From Lytechinus pictus (Eukaryota): 64,000 nucleotides of DNA. Made by a program: the position numbers and the translations under genes. Position 1 is the stretch's first letter. Every line of letters starts with the position of its first letter. Of the stretch, positions 13,822 through 27,000 are shown in pieces. Under the pieces are notes generated by a model, which did not search any database, was not told the origin of the DNA, and was given only the letters and a program-made list of their open reading frames with translations. The stretch spans positions 23,126,001 to 23,190,000 of the forward strand of contig NC_087259.1 of NCBI RefSeq assembly GCF_037042905.1. The letters run 5' to 3'.

Positions 13822-15562
13822 AGTAGTATAGTAGAAATATCATGAATTATAACGGCTGAGCAGATATAGTAAACAAATATTACAGGAAATACACATAAAA
13901 ATATAGTTTGCAGTTGAGAAATTGGGATCAAATAAAATTGAATGAGTAAAATCCACCCCTAATACAGTAGTAGTAGATCAAATATCAATCTATTTCGGAC
14001 TACAAGAAATATTTTTATTCTTTAAAATTAAATGTTGCTATATTTCGGTGTACAGGATAGAGGGGGCAGAGGGGACAATTTTTGACATTCAACCAGTAAG
14101 GTTCAATCTATTTCCCCCGCCGACGTGTGTCGAGCTGAAGCCTGAACATTTGCCTTTGTACTTTGATCTGATTAGACATCCACAACCATGGCCCTGGGAA
14201 GCGGGGGTGCTGCGTGTATTTTTTTCCATAGCCATCACCCCCAGGAATTCTGGAAAGTGTGACTAAATGGGCAAAATAAACCATAATGACCTACATATTT
14301 TACAGAAAACATTTTTTTTTTGCTTGTCAAATNNNNNNNNNNNNNNNNNNNNNNNNNNNNNNNNNNNNNNNNNNNNNNNNNNNNNNNNNNNNNNNNNNNN
14401 NNNNNNNNNNNNNNNNNNNNNNNNNNNNNNNNNNNNNNNNNNNNNNNNNNNNNNNNNNNNNNNNNNNNNNNNNNNNNNNNNNNACCCGCACTCAAAATAT
14501 CGTTTCCAGGGCCCTGTCCACGACCCCGTTTCCTAAAAACGTCCCCAATGATGTTCATATACCTGGAGGTGCGCAGTACAGGTTTATCTTGCCCTTCGCT
14601 TCTTTCGGCGTTCTGACGTCATACTCAGGATGGTCACGTGATAGATACTTTGGAACCAATTTGACGACTTCGCCGGTATTTTCATGGATTCCATAGGGAC
14701 ACGAATCTTGTAGTATGACAGGACATGTTCCATCGGCTAGAATACCTATTGAAAGCGTAACATCAATAGTTTAGGGATGTAATAACCAGCCCCACATTGT
14801 ATCCTGAATTAGTTGAAGAACTTGTCAACCATCCAAACCTCCCAAATGATTTGAGTCAGATCAATAATGATGAAAAGTATTTATTATTTTATTTTGGATA
14901 ACCATTTGTGATTTTTCTTATTTACTCCAGACAGGTATATTCTGTTTCCATGGTCCGACGAAGGGACACAAACTCAATTTCGTTGTTTTGAAATATTTGT
15001 TACATCGATAAATTGTCTCTTCTTTTTTAAGTACTGATGTTAAATAAATTCTGGAAACTCACTCTGTGCCTGAAGCTTGAGTATGGTTATTGTGATCGCT
15101 ACTTTGAGAAGCTGCTGCTTACGTTGGATAAAAATAAAAGCAAACAGAGGGTGTATAAGAGAATAAGAGAACAATAATCTTAGCGTTAGAAAATGGGTAT
15201 TACACCTGATTAAACAGTTAAATGTAAATTAGGGCAATTAAGGCAGTTTATGAATATTATATAGATATGCTTGACGTTTACGAATGGAAAGGGGTAATAA
15301 TATCATCGTGTTATGCTGGGTCTACTGGGAGAATATATCCATAAGAGATGAAATGGCTACCCTGGAAAATAAAAGTCATTATTACACTGATTAACAAACA
15401 TGGATACAGTCATGAGTTATTTCTGTCAAAACATATAATTCTCCAACGTAAAATTATCATAAAAAAGGAAAAAGAAATCATAATCCCAACTACTCAAACT
15501 ACCAATTGCAGCACGTACTAAAAACGTACCATTTTATGTTGATTGTCCATACTTAATGTCAT
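13431..15562 (-). CDS. Small secreted protein with one EGF-like domain (4 coding exons, ~136 aa)
   Basis: Exons 15562-15530, 15117-15063, 14745-14563 and 13570-13431 have GT/AG boundaries with matching phases (0,1,1) and total 411 nt. Translation: MTLSMDNQHKM|QQLLKVAITITILKLQAQ|SILADGTCPVILQDSCPYG...KINLYCAPP|ACSSNVCLNGGTCMEKLDGFRCLCPENAFGTYCEVVPLYHWLTHGI*. The N-terminus is signal-peptide-like and the EGF has canonical 6-Cys spacing. An N gap lies in the last intron. Confidence 0.7.
13715..13830. repeat. (TAG)n microsatellite
   Basis: Direct observation. Confidence 0.95.
14333..14483. other. Assembly gap
   Basis: Run of N. Confidence 1.
14563..14745 (-). CDS. Internal exon of the EGF-protein gene (three Cys, domain not recognised)
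   Basis: tttcaatag acceptor, CAG|gtatat donor, 183-nt open frame, phase 1-1, splices in frame to the EGF exon. Confidence 0.75.
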
Positions 15563-17106
15563 CTCAGCACAGACTTATCAAAGACTTCTTTCCAACACGT
15601 CGGTAGAAAAAGTGGGATATAAATTAGTACATTCCATAGATATATTTTGTTTCTATATACCGTCAGTCTATCATACTTTGTCACAGTGACACTGAACGGT
15701 AGCGATGGTAGCCGGAACATTCAATGAAAAAAAAGAGTGACAGAGAGAGGGAGAGTGAGAAAGAGAGAGGGAGAGTGAGAAAGAGAGAGAGAGGGGGTGG
15801 GGTGATAGCTGGAGGGTAATTGAAGTAATTAGTATAATTGTGATTATACTAAGAGTAACGTGATAATTTCGTGAAATATGACTTATCTGCTAGCCTTTCA
15901 TACTGTCATATATATTATGTACTGTCACAGCAAAACATATATTAATGATTTAAAATGTTACCTAATATAAATTATCAAATCTTGATTTGTTTGAATGTTT
16001 TAATGAATACAATAACACGAGAAAAAAATTCATGGTGAATAAAATTGGTGTTTATTCACGATACATGCACCTACAAAAGTATATAATATTTATTTTGTTG
16101 TTGAAAGTTATTTTATAGGCTAATTAGTTTTTCTTGAGTTAACATTATTGTTACGATTTTTCTTGTCGCAAAATGCTTGTATATTTATGTACCTCACATA
16201 AAAAAGGTCTATAGAGTCTTTGCCAAAAGGCAAGAAGCGAGTTATTCGTCAAAAGAAACATGCGATTTTTTTAAATTCTACATCTCGAAATGCACTATCG
16301 TTATACTGTTGATTTTATTAGAACATCTTATCTTTACAGCCTCGTGAAAGTTTTTTAACACTTTACACACGTCGTGTGAATATCCGATTGCAAAGCGTTC
16401 AACCAACTCCACAAGAACCCCCAACGCATATGTTACGGAATTCTTACGATCACCGCAGGAGATCTTACGACATTCGTTCGTTGATATGATAAGAGGGGGT
16501 TCCGTACAAGGCTAGGCGTTCATAATGGCTTTCTTAACAGTTCGTTATATCATTTGTGACCAACTGACCATCACGTTTAATTTGTTAGATCAAAACCTAC
16601 TCATTAATTCCGGTATAAGCATTGTTATGGATCAATCAAAATTAATGAAAACATGCAGTATTATCATTCACGCTAAAGATAAGTTCAGATGGCGTTGATA
16701 TGATCAGGTCCATCCGTAAAGCCATAGTGTCATGATTAAAATAAAACATGGTTCACAATGATCACATGAGCATCCCAATCAGCGAATTTCTTTGTTCCGG
16801 TCTGTTAGAATTGTGAAGATTGAAAGGTTGTATGGATTTAAAGAAGAACAATCGATATCATCAACTCTGCTCTAATTTCTTGAATTACCCCGCAAATATA
16901 ATAAAGACTAATTATCTCACTTAATGTCGCTGAGCAGTGAGCACTTCTGAACGCATCATCAGTTTTATTTGGAGACAGTTGAATATGGCACCTAACTACA
17001 ATGATTACAAGGTTAAGCTTACTATCGAAAATTACAATTACATATTATTTTCTGGATGAAAAATGGAGAGAAAAGAAGGAAAGAGATGGGCTTTCATGAT
17101 AACTTG

Positions 17107-17348
17107 CACTCTAAAATAGTGCTCCATGAGGGTAATTATGTGTCCAACCAACATTGGGCATTTCTTCAAAGCATTTTTATTTACCCAGTGTGATTAAAAT
17201 TTTGCCCATTCTAAAGTAATTGCTGCTTATTTTTTTAACCTTACTGGAGAATATGCTTCCCGCATTCGACGGTAAAATACGGCCCAAAATTGGTTGGACA
17301 CATAATTACCCTCGTGGTGGTAAAATTTTACCCAATATTTTTACAGTG
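17107..17348. mobile_element. Small CACTA-type MITE
   Basis: TG|CACTCTAAAA ... TTTTACAGTG|TG, with internal inverted pair GAGGGTAATTATGTGTCCAACCAA / TTGGTTGGACACATAATTACCCTC. Confidence 0.75.
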
Positions 17349-17849
17349 TGAGGATTAAACGTAATCTATAAATTTTGAAATTAAAACCTATAACTCTTTT
17401 AATTTTGTGTTTTAGTTTTCCGGTGAGGGCGTAGAATCCTTTCTGTTGATTATCAGCTATTCATAATTTCTCGTTCAGCACATAGTACGTGTCATCTGGT
17501 ATTGAGGGATATGGTGGCTTTCTCAGTGCAAATAATCTTACCCCAAAATGCCCCCTTTCATCTGAGAAGGACCCGTTTTATTTGTGAGCAAGTGCCCCTT
17601 TCCTTCTTGCAAGTGCCCTTTCTCGAATCAGTGCCCCTTTTTACCCAAGAAAAGTGCCCCTCACGAACGTGTTCTGTGCTCCTTTCACCTGTGAAAAGGA
17701 CCAATTTTATGTGTTAGTGTTACCGACTGCTCTTTGAAAAAAGAACAATATTCTAATTTTTAGATGTTACTACTTGTGAAGGAAAAAACTTGTAAGAATA
17801 ATCATACGTGCCTTATTCATGAGTCATGTGAGTGGGGTAAATTTCAGAT

Positions 17850-19398
17850 TGATTGAATTGAATATATTACCAAATATCACTGTCAGGTACAATTACATGG
17901 AAATAGTACATCACATATAAACGAAACATTTGGTAATTGGAGCTAACATAATAGCAAGATGCTAATCGAGGTTAGCCCCAAATAATGTCATTATCATAGT
18001 TTAAACAATAATTTCAACTAAATCTCAATACTGTAAAAATTCGGTACTAATTTTACTTATAACTGTTGCAGAAAATTGCGATCAGTTTTAGTGAACATAT
18101 TTACACTATTTACAAGAAAAAATATCTTAATTATTCACAAAATCTTTATACATAATTATTTGTTTTCAGGCAGTATACCATACCAAATTAATTAAAATCT
18201 TCCAGTAGCATTATAGTTTTAACGATTTGCTAAATATCTTGCGACTGGGGTGTTTCTAATATTAATGGGCAGATGATTCCATAAAGTAGGACCAGAAAAT
18301 GAAATTGATTGTTTTCCCAAATTGGTTTTATTTTTGCCAAGATTAACATTTCGCTTTTCTCTATTTCTCGTATTGTAAGGATGGTCTATGAATGAAAAAA
18401 AATAATCAATAAAACTATGCGGCAATCGATTAATAATTGAATCGTGCATAAATACTCCTATCAAATGTTGGTATTGTTTGAAAATATCGAGATTATTTAG
18501 ATCATATAATAAAGAAGCAGAGTGAAAAGTATGATGGTTGAACGTCATTATTCTAGCTATTCTTTTTTGAAGTAATAATATAGGGTTCAGGGTTGTTTTG
18601 CACGTCCCATCCCAAACTTCCAGACCATACGTTATATGTCATGTATGTGGTAAAATAAATGAGAGTTGTATAACATAACTAAGATTCTCTTTGTTACTTA
18701 ATTCCTGAATCTATAAAGTATTCCATTTTTTTTTGCTTAGCACATTGCATACAATGTCAACCTGATCCTTCCATGTAAGTTTTTTGTCGATACATATACC
18801 AAGAAATAATATTGAATCCACACACTCTAATAAAGTTCCTTTCATTAAAACATTTTTCGTCTATTTCTAAACAACATATATTTAGTTTTCGTAACATTGA
18901 TTGTCAATTTGTTGGCATTGCACCATGCTATTATATTGTTTAGATTGAGACTACTTTCTGATAAATCAATATGTTGTTCATCACAATTGAAGGTATGAAA
19001 TAAATTTGAGTCATCCGCAAAAAGACGGAAATTGAAATAATTTGATAAGTTTGCCAGATCGTTTATATACAACAAGAACAAAGTTGGACCAAAAACTGAT
19101 CCTTGTGGAATACCGCATGAAATCGACCTGTATTCGGAATTTACACCATCATAATTAACAAATTGCTTTCTGTTTCGTAAATAATCATTAAACCATTCTA
19201 CTGCCTTACCACGAATACCATAGTGTTCTAGTTTCTTAATGAGAATAGAATGATTAATCGTATCAAAAGCTTTAGCAAAATCGATGAATATTCCTAATGT
19301 CACCTTTCCTTCATCAGTATATCGTGTAATTTGATTAATCAGATTTATCAGTGAAAGTTTCGTACTGTATCCATTTCTAAAACCATATTGGTGTTTAT
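17850..19398 (-). mobile_element. 5'-truncated, decayed CR1/L2-group LINE (RT domain + 3' UTR)
   Basis: RT motifs QYGFR, IFIDFAKAFDTINH, GIPQGSVFGPTLFLLYINDL, LFADDS and NKLTINVTKTKYM, broken by stops and frameshifts; (TTCAA)n-like tail near 17850. Confidence 0.92.
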
Positions 19399-19756
19399 TT
19401 TTGCTCTATATTGTCCAGCCGCTCATTTCCCAGGTAAATATGATTTGGTATTGGATAAAAAATTGATTTCATCCGTGAACTGTATATCATAGCTATTTAT
19501 TATTTATTTCTGAAGGTCATTTATCAAAGTCATTGCATTGAAGGAAAGTTTAGCTGTGGGCTCCACTGATTTTAACGAGAATGAAGGATGTAAAAGTGAA
19601 AGTGATATTCTGGATTTATTCAGGAAGCGAAAAAAATTAAGGCACTCGATAGGGAGTATTGCTGATATGCAACCAAGACCAAGAAAAGAATATGAAGTGC
19701 CTGATGAAATCATTGGAAGTATTTTTATTATTTTGTGGAGAGAGATAGAGACAGAC

Positions 19757-19799
<43 letters not shown>

Positions 19800-20653
19800 C
19801 AGAATGTGACAGATAGACGGGGAAAAGAGAAAACGATGGATAATAAAGAAAAAAAAAAGAAGATGGATAAATATCGAAAGCAAACAAACACAAAAATTAT
19901 ATATCATCTCCATTCGACAAATAATATACATGTAAAATATATGTGACACTTCTATTTAAAAAAAAGGGGGGGGGGAATTGTACACAATACATGTAAATCA
20001 CAAATTAAATACACAAGTAGGGAGAGAAGATGGAGTAAATTGAAACTAAAAAAATTCTATCAACTGACCCACTTCTTCCCTAGTTAACGTGTTACAGACA
20101 CTTTCCTGATCTCTTACCATGCTTACTGCTATAAGTTCTTTCAGAACATTCACATCCATTTCTTTACAAGCCGGGACATCACAGTTCTTACTCTTACTAC
20201 TTCACTAAAAAAATATTGCATCTCATTTAAATTATCACAAAAAGTTGAAAAGGGTTCCTTTTGGCATTATTTCAAAACCATTCTCAATAATCCCGACCCA
20301 GTTTTCACAATTATGTTATTATACTTTTGAAATCTATATCTTAAAGCATTCTAAAGAGGTTGACAATCGGACAGTAAAGCTACCAAATCACAATGAGTCA
20401 TATTCTCCATTTTTTTATCAGAGCTTTCCTCCAACATGTGATATGTTCAATACAGCTTTACTTCTTGATTGCCACTGGCATGCTCCATAGAAACAACACT
20501 ATTGTTTGAATAATAAACACTGCACTGATCATTTAATATGTTCAAAATCTGATCTGAGAATATTGAAACTTTTCCCGAATTTAGCAGTAGCTGCTGAAAC
20601 CAAGCGATTCTTGTCAATAGTTGAAATATGGTGACCCAAGTGAACCCCACTAT

Positions 20654-22113
20654 CATGGGTGTCGATCACGGGGGGGGGGGGGGGGGGATGGGGGATATAT
20701 CCCCCCAAATATTTCAAGTGGGGGATGGCCTGTATTATCATCCCCCAATAATTTAGGGTAGAAAAATTATAATAATGATGATGAAAAAATGAAAAGTTTG
20801 ATCATGATGATTATAGTGAGGATTATAGTATGCCATCAATCAATTTGTTTCCCTCGCAATTTTTGTATATTGTTATTAAATAAAAACATTTTTTCAAGGA
20901 CTTTTAAACAGATGGGTGGAGGTTCAAGATGAAAAAGAATGAAATGTTTATGCATATGATATTTTTTAACACATGACATAAAAGGACCCCGACGAAAAAC
21001 AAATTTTGTTGATAGGGTGTTCCATCCCACCAGTGGTGAATAAATTAATTTTAATAAATCAATTAATTCAAAAGGGTGGAAAATAAACGGGAGTAAAAGG
21101 GTGGCAAGATAAACGGAGAAAACCCCATGGACGTAAATCCCGGAGGGGTAGATCTTGAAAAAGTACAAATAACTTTTCTCAGATTTACCCCTCCCCACAT
21201 CCAAGTGCATGATGTTTGTCCCATTTAATCTACAACCCTTAATATGATCACATTTTTACAATTTTTTAATAAGTGAAATCAATTAATGGTTTCAGAAAGA
21301 ATAATCATTCATTTCTCTCTAAAGCGTATCTTCGGATATGAACATCGTATGTTTTTTTTTCCATGTTATTCTTGTTATTGTTATGGACTTGAATAACTAA
21401 ACTTGATTGATTTTTTCTTATTTTGGCAAAAAGAAATCTCTTTTGAGTTTGGAAAGGGATGACAGTTTTGCATTCTATATGAGCACACTCATGCGGTACG
21501 TAAATTTCATTTTAACACATATATTAGCTGATATTACACACTGATGGTTCAAGAAAATGTTGGAGAAATATCATAACATGACAGTTGAGTTTTGATGTTT
21601 TTGTGTTTGTTTTTGTTTTATGCACTTATAAAGCATTTAAAACATGTTAAAATCCAGGGTTAAAATCGTCTAAGGAATGACGGTAAGCCCGATGGCGCAC
21701 GAGAAGCCACACATTTTGTAATTTGTGCTAGTCTTAATTTGTCCGAATCTGCATTGTATCATCATGCATTAAGAAGAAAAAAGATATTGCCAGTCGGGTT
21801 AGATTTAAGAGAGAAGTTGTATACATCATGCTCAATAAACAGATCACTTTGTACACGGTCCAGACAATTTTGTCATTTTTTCTTTTGTATGAGTTTAGAA
21901 TAGGCTTACTTGTAACACAAATTGAATTTTCAAAAAAATTATATAAGTACAGTACACTGCAACAATGTAGGAATTTCCAAGAACACCATGCATATCAACC
22001 ACTCCCAAATGTCCTAACTTGTGATTTTAGTGGGGGTAATGTTGAAGATCCCCATCCACAAGAACATTTGTGTCAATCATCCCCCCAGCCAAGAATACCG
22101 ATCGGCACCCATG
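20654..22113. mobile_element. Non-autonomous hAT-like element
   Basis: TIR CATGGGTGTCGATC / GATCGGCACCCATG. CCCACTAT lies on the left flank and again on the right after an 8-nt filler. Confidence 0.65.
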
Positions 22114-24036
22114 GTGCCATGCCCACTATTGACATTTAACACATTAGTATGATTAATAACAACAGAATATTCCCTTGAATTGCTGTTTCTAAAAGATGGA
22201 AAGACAAGAAATTTACTTTGAGATCCATTGAAAGTGATATCAAATTCTATGGCAAAGCTCTCACATAATTTGTATCATGGTTTGTAAACATTTCTTTGTT
22301 GGTAACATAAGAGTGATATCATCAGCATATGCTAAGCATCCCGCAAAATAATAACCAATGCTACAACCAATCCATTCTTGTTCAAGTTTTACAAGCAGAT
22401 CAATCACATGAACTGAAAACAGAATAGAAGATAATACTCCTCCTTGTTTTACTCCGTCAATAGTTGAAATAAGGTAACCTAAGTGAACCCCGGCCCACTA
22501 TTGACATAATAAGTAACGGAAATAAACACATGAAGAAAATAGAGGTAAGAAAAATAGATCTAGAATGATGTAGAAGGGGATAACTATACCATAAACCAGT
22601 AAGCAGTCTAAACCCTCAATGTAATTAATTGCGTTTCAATTTCGTCTAGGTGAGAAGAGATGGTGTTTCTATTAAAAAATGAGGGAAAACGGTGTTATTT
22701 TGTGTTCATGCGTGGATTTCTCAGCATATTAGTCACCACTAACAGGATTTCAAGAAGCTGGGGTGACTGATCATACTGATGAAATTGCGCTGATTTTATT
22801 TCCTTGACGTAATTGTTTCCTACGTGTTGCAATGAAACGTAAATTCTGTTGGTTTCTTTCAATTTCCACAAGAGACACAGTTCTTAATTTCCGTATTTCA
22901 TCGACATTTTTAAAAGGGAATTCTGTATCCCATTTGAAATGTGGTCGCGCTAGTACAGGACCTGGTGTAAATCCGGTCCGAGCAGGGGCAGCGGTGATAG
23001 CAATATATTGAGCAGAAAATACAAAAATGTGGGGGCACCCCCATGTATGCGGGGTACATAAAACGTGTACATAATCATGATAATAATACCATCTTTCACT
23101 TTTGGTGATGCTGCTGATATCCTTTTAGTCTAGATCTGGACGTTAGTTGGAAAACCCCACACTTACTTACTAAGAGAAGGTGAAAATAATTTAGGAGGAC
23201 TGGTCTATTACGCAATGAGTGTAGGGATTTTCAAACAAATAACTACTAACGTCCATCTATATATACTAATACAAGCCTTGCAATAAAAACAAACGTATAT
23301 TATCATGGGTAAATTCTTGTAAGATTGAGCGCGGGAGCAGAGCGATAATTTTTCCGTTTATAACTTTGGTCAGTTCATGGACCTATTTCGTAATAGGTCC
23401 ATGGTCAGTTTAAGCACTTAAACGACATCTAAAGGTGAATCAACGCATTAACAGCAGTATTTTAAAATCATTTGAAAATCAGCAGTATTTTAAAATCATT
23501 TGAAAATTGGAAAATAATATCGTTTTATGTCTTGAAAAGTGTATGTGTGCGTGCGTGTGTGTGTGTGTGTGTGTGCGTGGAGGGGGATTTTACAGCTAGG
23601 CCAACCTCTTTCCAAAAGTGTGGAGGTATTACCCCCCCCCCCTCCGATTAACACCAGTGCTCTAGAACATTGTATTGTAATGCACTTATGATCATTACTT
23701 TGTATTTGAAATGTTTTTAACTGATCGGATCCGGTTAATTTTACATTCCTACTTCAAACAACGACTACAGCATAATCACTCAAGGACCATTTTACGATAG
23801 ATCAATAATTTTATCATTCGCCTTAACCCAGTTCTCTATAAGCAAAGAGGTATTACTATACCAGGTTAAACTTTTGGATTTTTGAAATACGATTCCGGCT
23901 TCCTCATTTATCATGTTTATAGTCCATAAAAAATGTTCGACGATGAATGCTAAGCCTTGTGTTACGGGCCACCGTTGCAACGAACGCAGAGGAGAAATCG
24001 AATTCTTTGTAGTGCATTAAGCTTTCTGATTTCAAG

Positions 24037-24088
24037 ATGATGGTACCATTGTCTCCAAGCTCTCGTTTATTCTTCCTCTTTGTTTTAG
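24037..24088 (+). CDS. Receptor exon 1 (signal peptide)
   Basis: MMVPLSPSSRLFFLFVL(G), donor G|gtaaat, phase 1, joins INVCWS in the next exon. Confidence 0.65.
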
Positions 24089-27000
24089 GTAAATACAACT
24101 CTTTATTCTTCTTTATTCACTGTGAATAGAACTTGCTTTGCTTCTTCGACTTCACTTGAGATTTTAAAAACTGCTTAGACTTATTTCTACTTGTTTGCAT
24201 AATATTTGATGTAACTTTTTTTCTTTTTTAGGGAAATATATGGACATTCTTATGCCTGTTTATTGAAGGTGTTTATAAGCTTTTCGTATAATTATAGCTG
24301 TTCTCGAGTTTTCACACTTCGCCTTTTCTGTCATATTCATTGATAAATGGGCTTAGACTGACCCTGTTCCAGTAATGTTCCTCATTGTGCTTGCATCATC
24401 TACTCCTTAACATTTCTGTCTTGTCGTTAAAAATGTTTTATTTTTTGCTTTAACCAAGGAAATATCCGACTTATAGCTTACATTTTCTCTGGTTGAAAGG
24501 TTGAAATGAATTCGACTTGTGAATAATTGATAACTATAACAACTATTTACATCTTAAAGCGAAATGATTGAAGATGGGGGGTGGGGAGGTATATAGCCTT
24601 TCTCTTTCAAAACATTATGAACTCCTTTTAGACGCATGTTTAGAGGGATGCTCCAGGCTGAAAATAATATGATTTAAACAGATGAAGATAAATTGGACAA
24701 ACAAAACACTGAAAATTTGATCAAAATCGGACAAGGAATAACAAAGTTATGGCATTTTAAAGATTTGCATTTTCCGGTAAAACAGTTCTAGGCATGTCTT
24801 AATGAATATTCAATGAGCAACTTGATGATGTCATATCCCCACTTGTTCTTTTGTATTTTATTACATGAAAATAGGTTTATTCAAATTTTTTGACCAAGAA
24901 CTGACAAAAATTGGATTGACAACTGATTTAGTGCATTAGATATTCAATGCTGCAACTTATTTCATTGTAAAGGAGACACATTATTTACACACATGAAAAC
25001 AATTGTGATTTCATGTAATAACATGAGAAAAGGGAAAGTGGGGATGTGACATCATCATCAAACCTAATGAATATTCATGAAGACTTTTTTTCACAAACTA
25101 TTGCTAAAATTTAAAATTAAATAACTTTGTTTTTTGTTATCCAATTTTGATGAAATTTTCAGCATTTTGCTTTGTGAATTCTACTCTATTTATTTAGATG
25201 TAAATATTTTCAGCCGGGAGTACCCCTTTTACGATCCATATACAAAAATGTGACTGAATATTGATTAATTTTCTTACAGGGATCAACGTCTGTTGGAGCA
25301 TCAAATCGACGAGAATTAATTCGCCAAATTATCCCTCTCCATACCCCTCCGATGACATTCAACAGTGGACTGTTGTAACTCCAGCAGGGAATCAAGTACA
25401 TCTTCTTATTCTATCAATGATGACAGTGATATACTGATGATGATGATGATGATGGTTATGAAGATGAATAGGGTAGAAGGGGTGGAAGGAGAAGAACGGG
25501 AGGAGAAAAGGGAGAAGAGGGAGGAGGAGGAGGAGGAAGAGGGGGTCAATGAGAAAACTTAGGACGATGGTGATGGTGGAGAATATTATTTTTATTTATT
25601 AAAATAGTTTAAAAAAATGAAATTGTATATGATTAAAACCATTGGTTGTGCTGCTGTTCGTGCTTCTAATTGAATTGAAATGAATTGAATAACTTTATAA
25701 TTGTCCATAAAGAAAATATTTTTTCTTCTGGTTTACACACATGTCGATATAATGTACAATGTATATCATGTATACACAGAACAAAACAAAAAATGGTGAT
25801 AACATGTCAACCTAAGGAATATAAGATATACAAGGTGTAAGATTCACGTAAAATTTACGATACACAGTTATTTGAATTACAAGTCCAAGTTAAGGCCTGG
25901 CTTAAGAATTGTTCATAAAAAAATTATACATGTATTTGGTTATAGTTATATAGGGACATAATGGTGGTGATAGTGGTGGTGGCGGTGGTGATTTTGATGA
26001 AAATGAGGATGATTATGATGATAATGGTGATGGCAACTACCTAATGATAAGATAGAAGAAACAGAAATTTCCTGATTTTGATTTTTCATACTTAGACGTT
26101 GATAATCGTCAATGAGTTAAACATTGAGGAACCATGGGATACCCTGACCATAACCCACACGTCTCCAGCACTCCCGGTGCCTTTCACATCGCACCTCCGC
26201 ACGGGTGTAAAAGGCTTCCTATTCAAAGATGACGGCATCACCAACATTTCGTTCTGCAGCGACACAAGACGTGAACTCACAGGGTTTGATCTGGAAGTTA
26301 TCACAATGGACATCACAGGTGATTAACCATTGTTTGATATGTTTGATATGGAGTACAATTAAGATGATTTTCTAAAAGAATAATCAAATAGAAAAATCTA
26401 CCGGGCGAAATTTAACCAAAATTAAATGAAATGGTAAAAATTTGATTTTTACAGTATATAATTAAAATGTAAACTTTAATAGTTTGAAAAAAAAATCTAT
26501 AAGAGTTGGCTAATAATAATTTTTATATATATATTTTTTTCTATTACAACTCCCTTTACAAATATCGTACATCTATGTCGTTTCGCTGATGAGGAATTTT
26601 CCGCACCGCGATGCAGAAAGAATTCAAGAGCACAGCAAATGTGTTAAAATGCCCGTCCAAATTAATGACAAAGAACAACCTGGAGGTCTTGGTCGAATAT
26701 TGGTGAACCGAAATAGCAATTTCATCCTATATACGTTTCGGAGCTGACGAAAAATTGCAAATATGTCGTTTGTTCAGAGTCCAGTACGAAACTGGTGTTT
26801 TGATCCACCAATTTTCGAAAAAAAAATCTAGGTTGCTCTTTGTCACGAAGGGCCTGTTTTCCATGTCCTTGACTACGTCTTGCGTCCTAGAGCGGAAACT
26901 CCCTAAAATAATCTGGAGCATGACTGTACTTATCAATCTATAGGGAGAGCACCATCACCTGATTTTCTAAAACCTTCTTTTTATAGCACTTTTGACAAAA

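Noticed and set aside
16921-16991. Upstream minus-strand exon (tag|GTGCC...TTAA|gtgag)
   Set aside because: The splice signals are good but it cannot be joined into the coding frame; at most it is a 5' UTR exon, and it is unsupported without transcripts.
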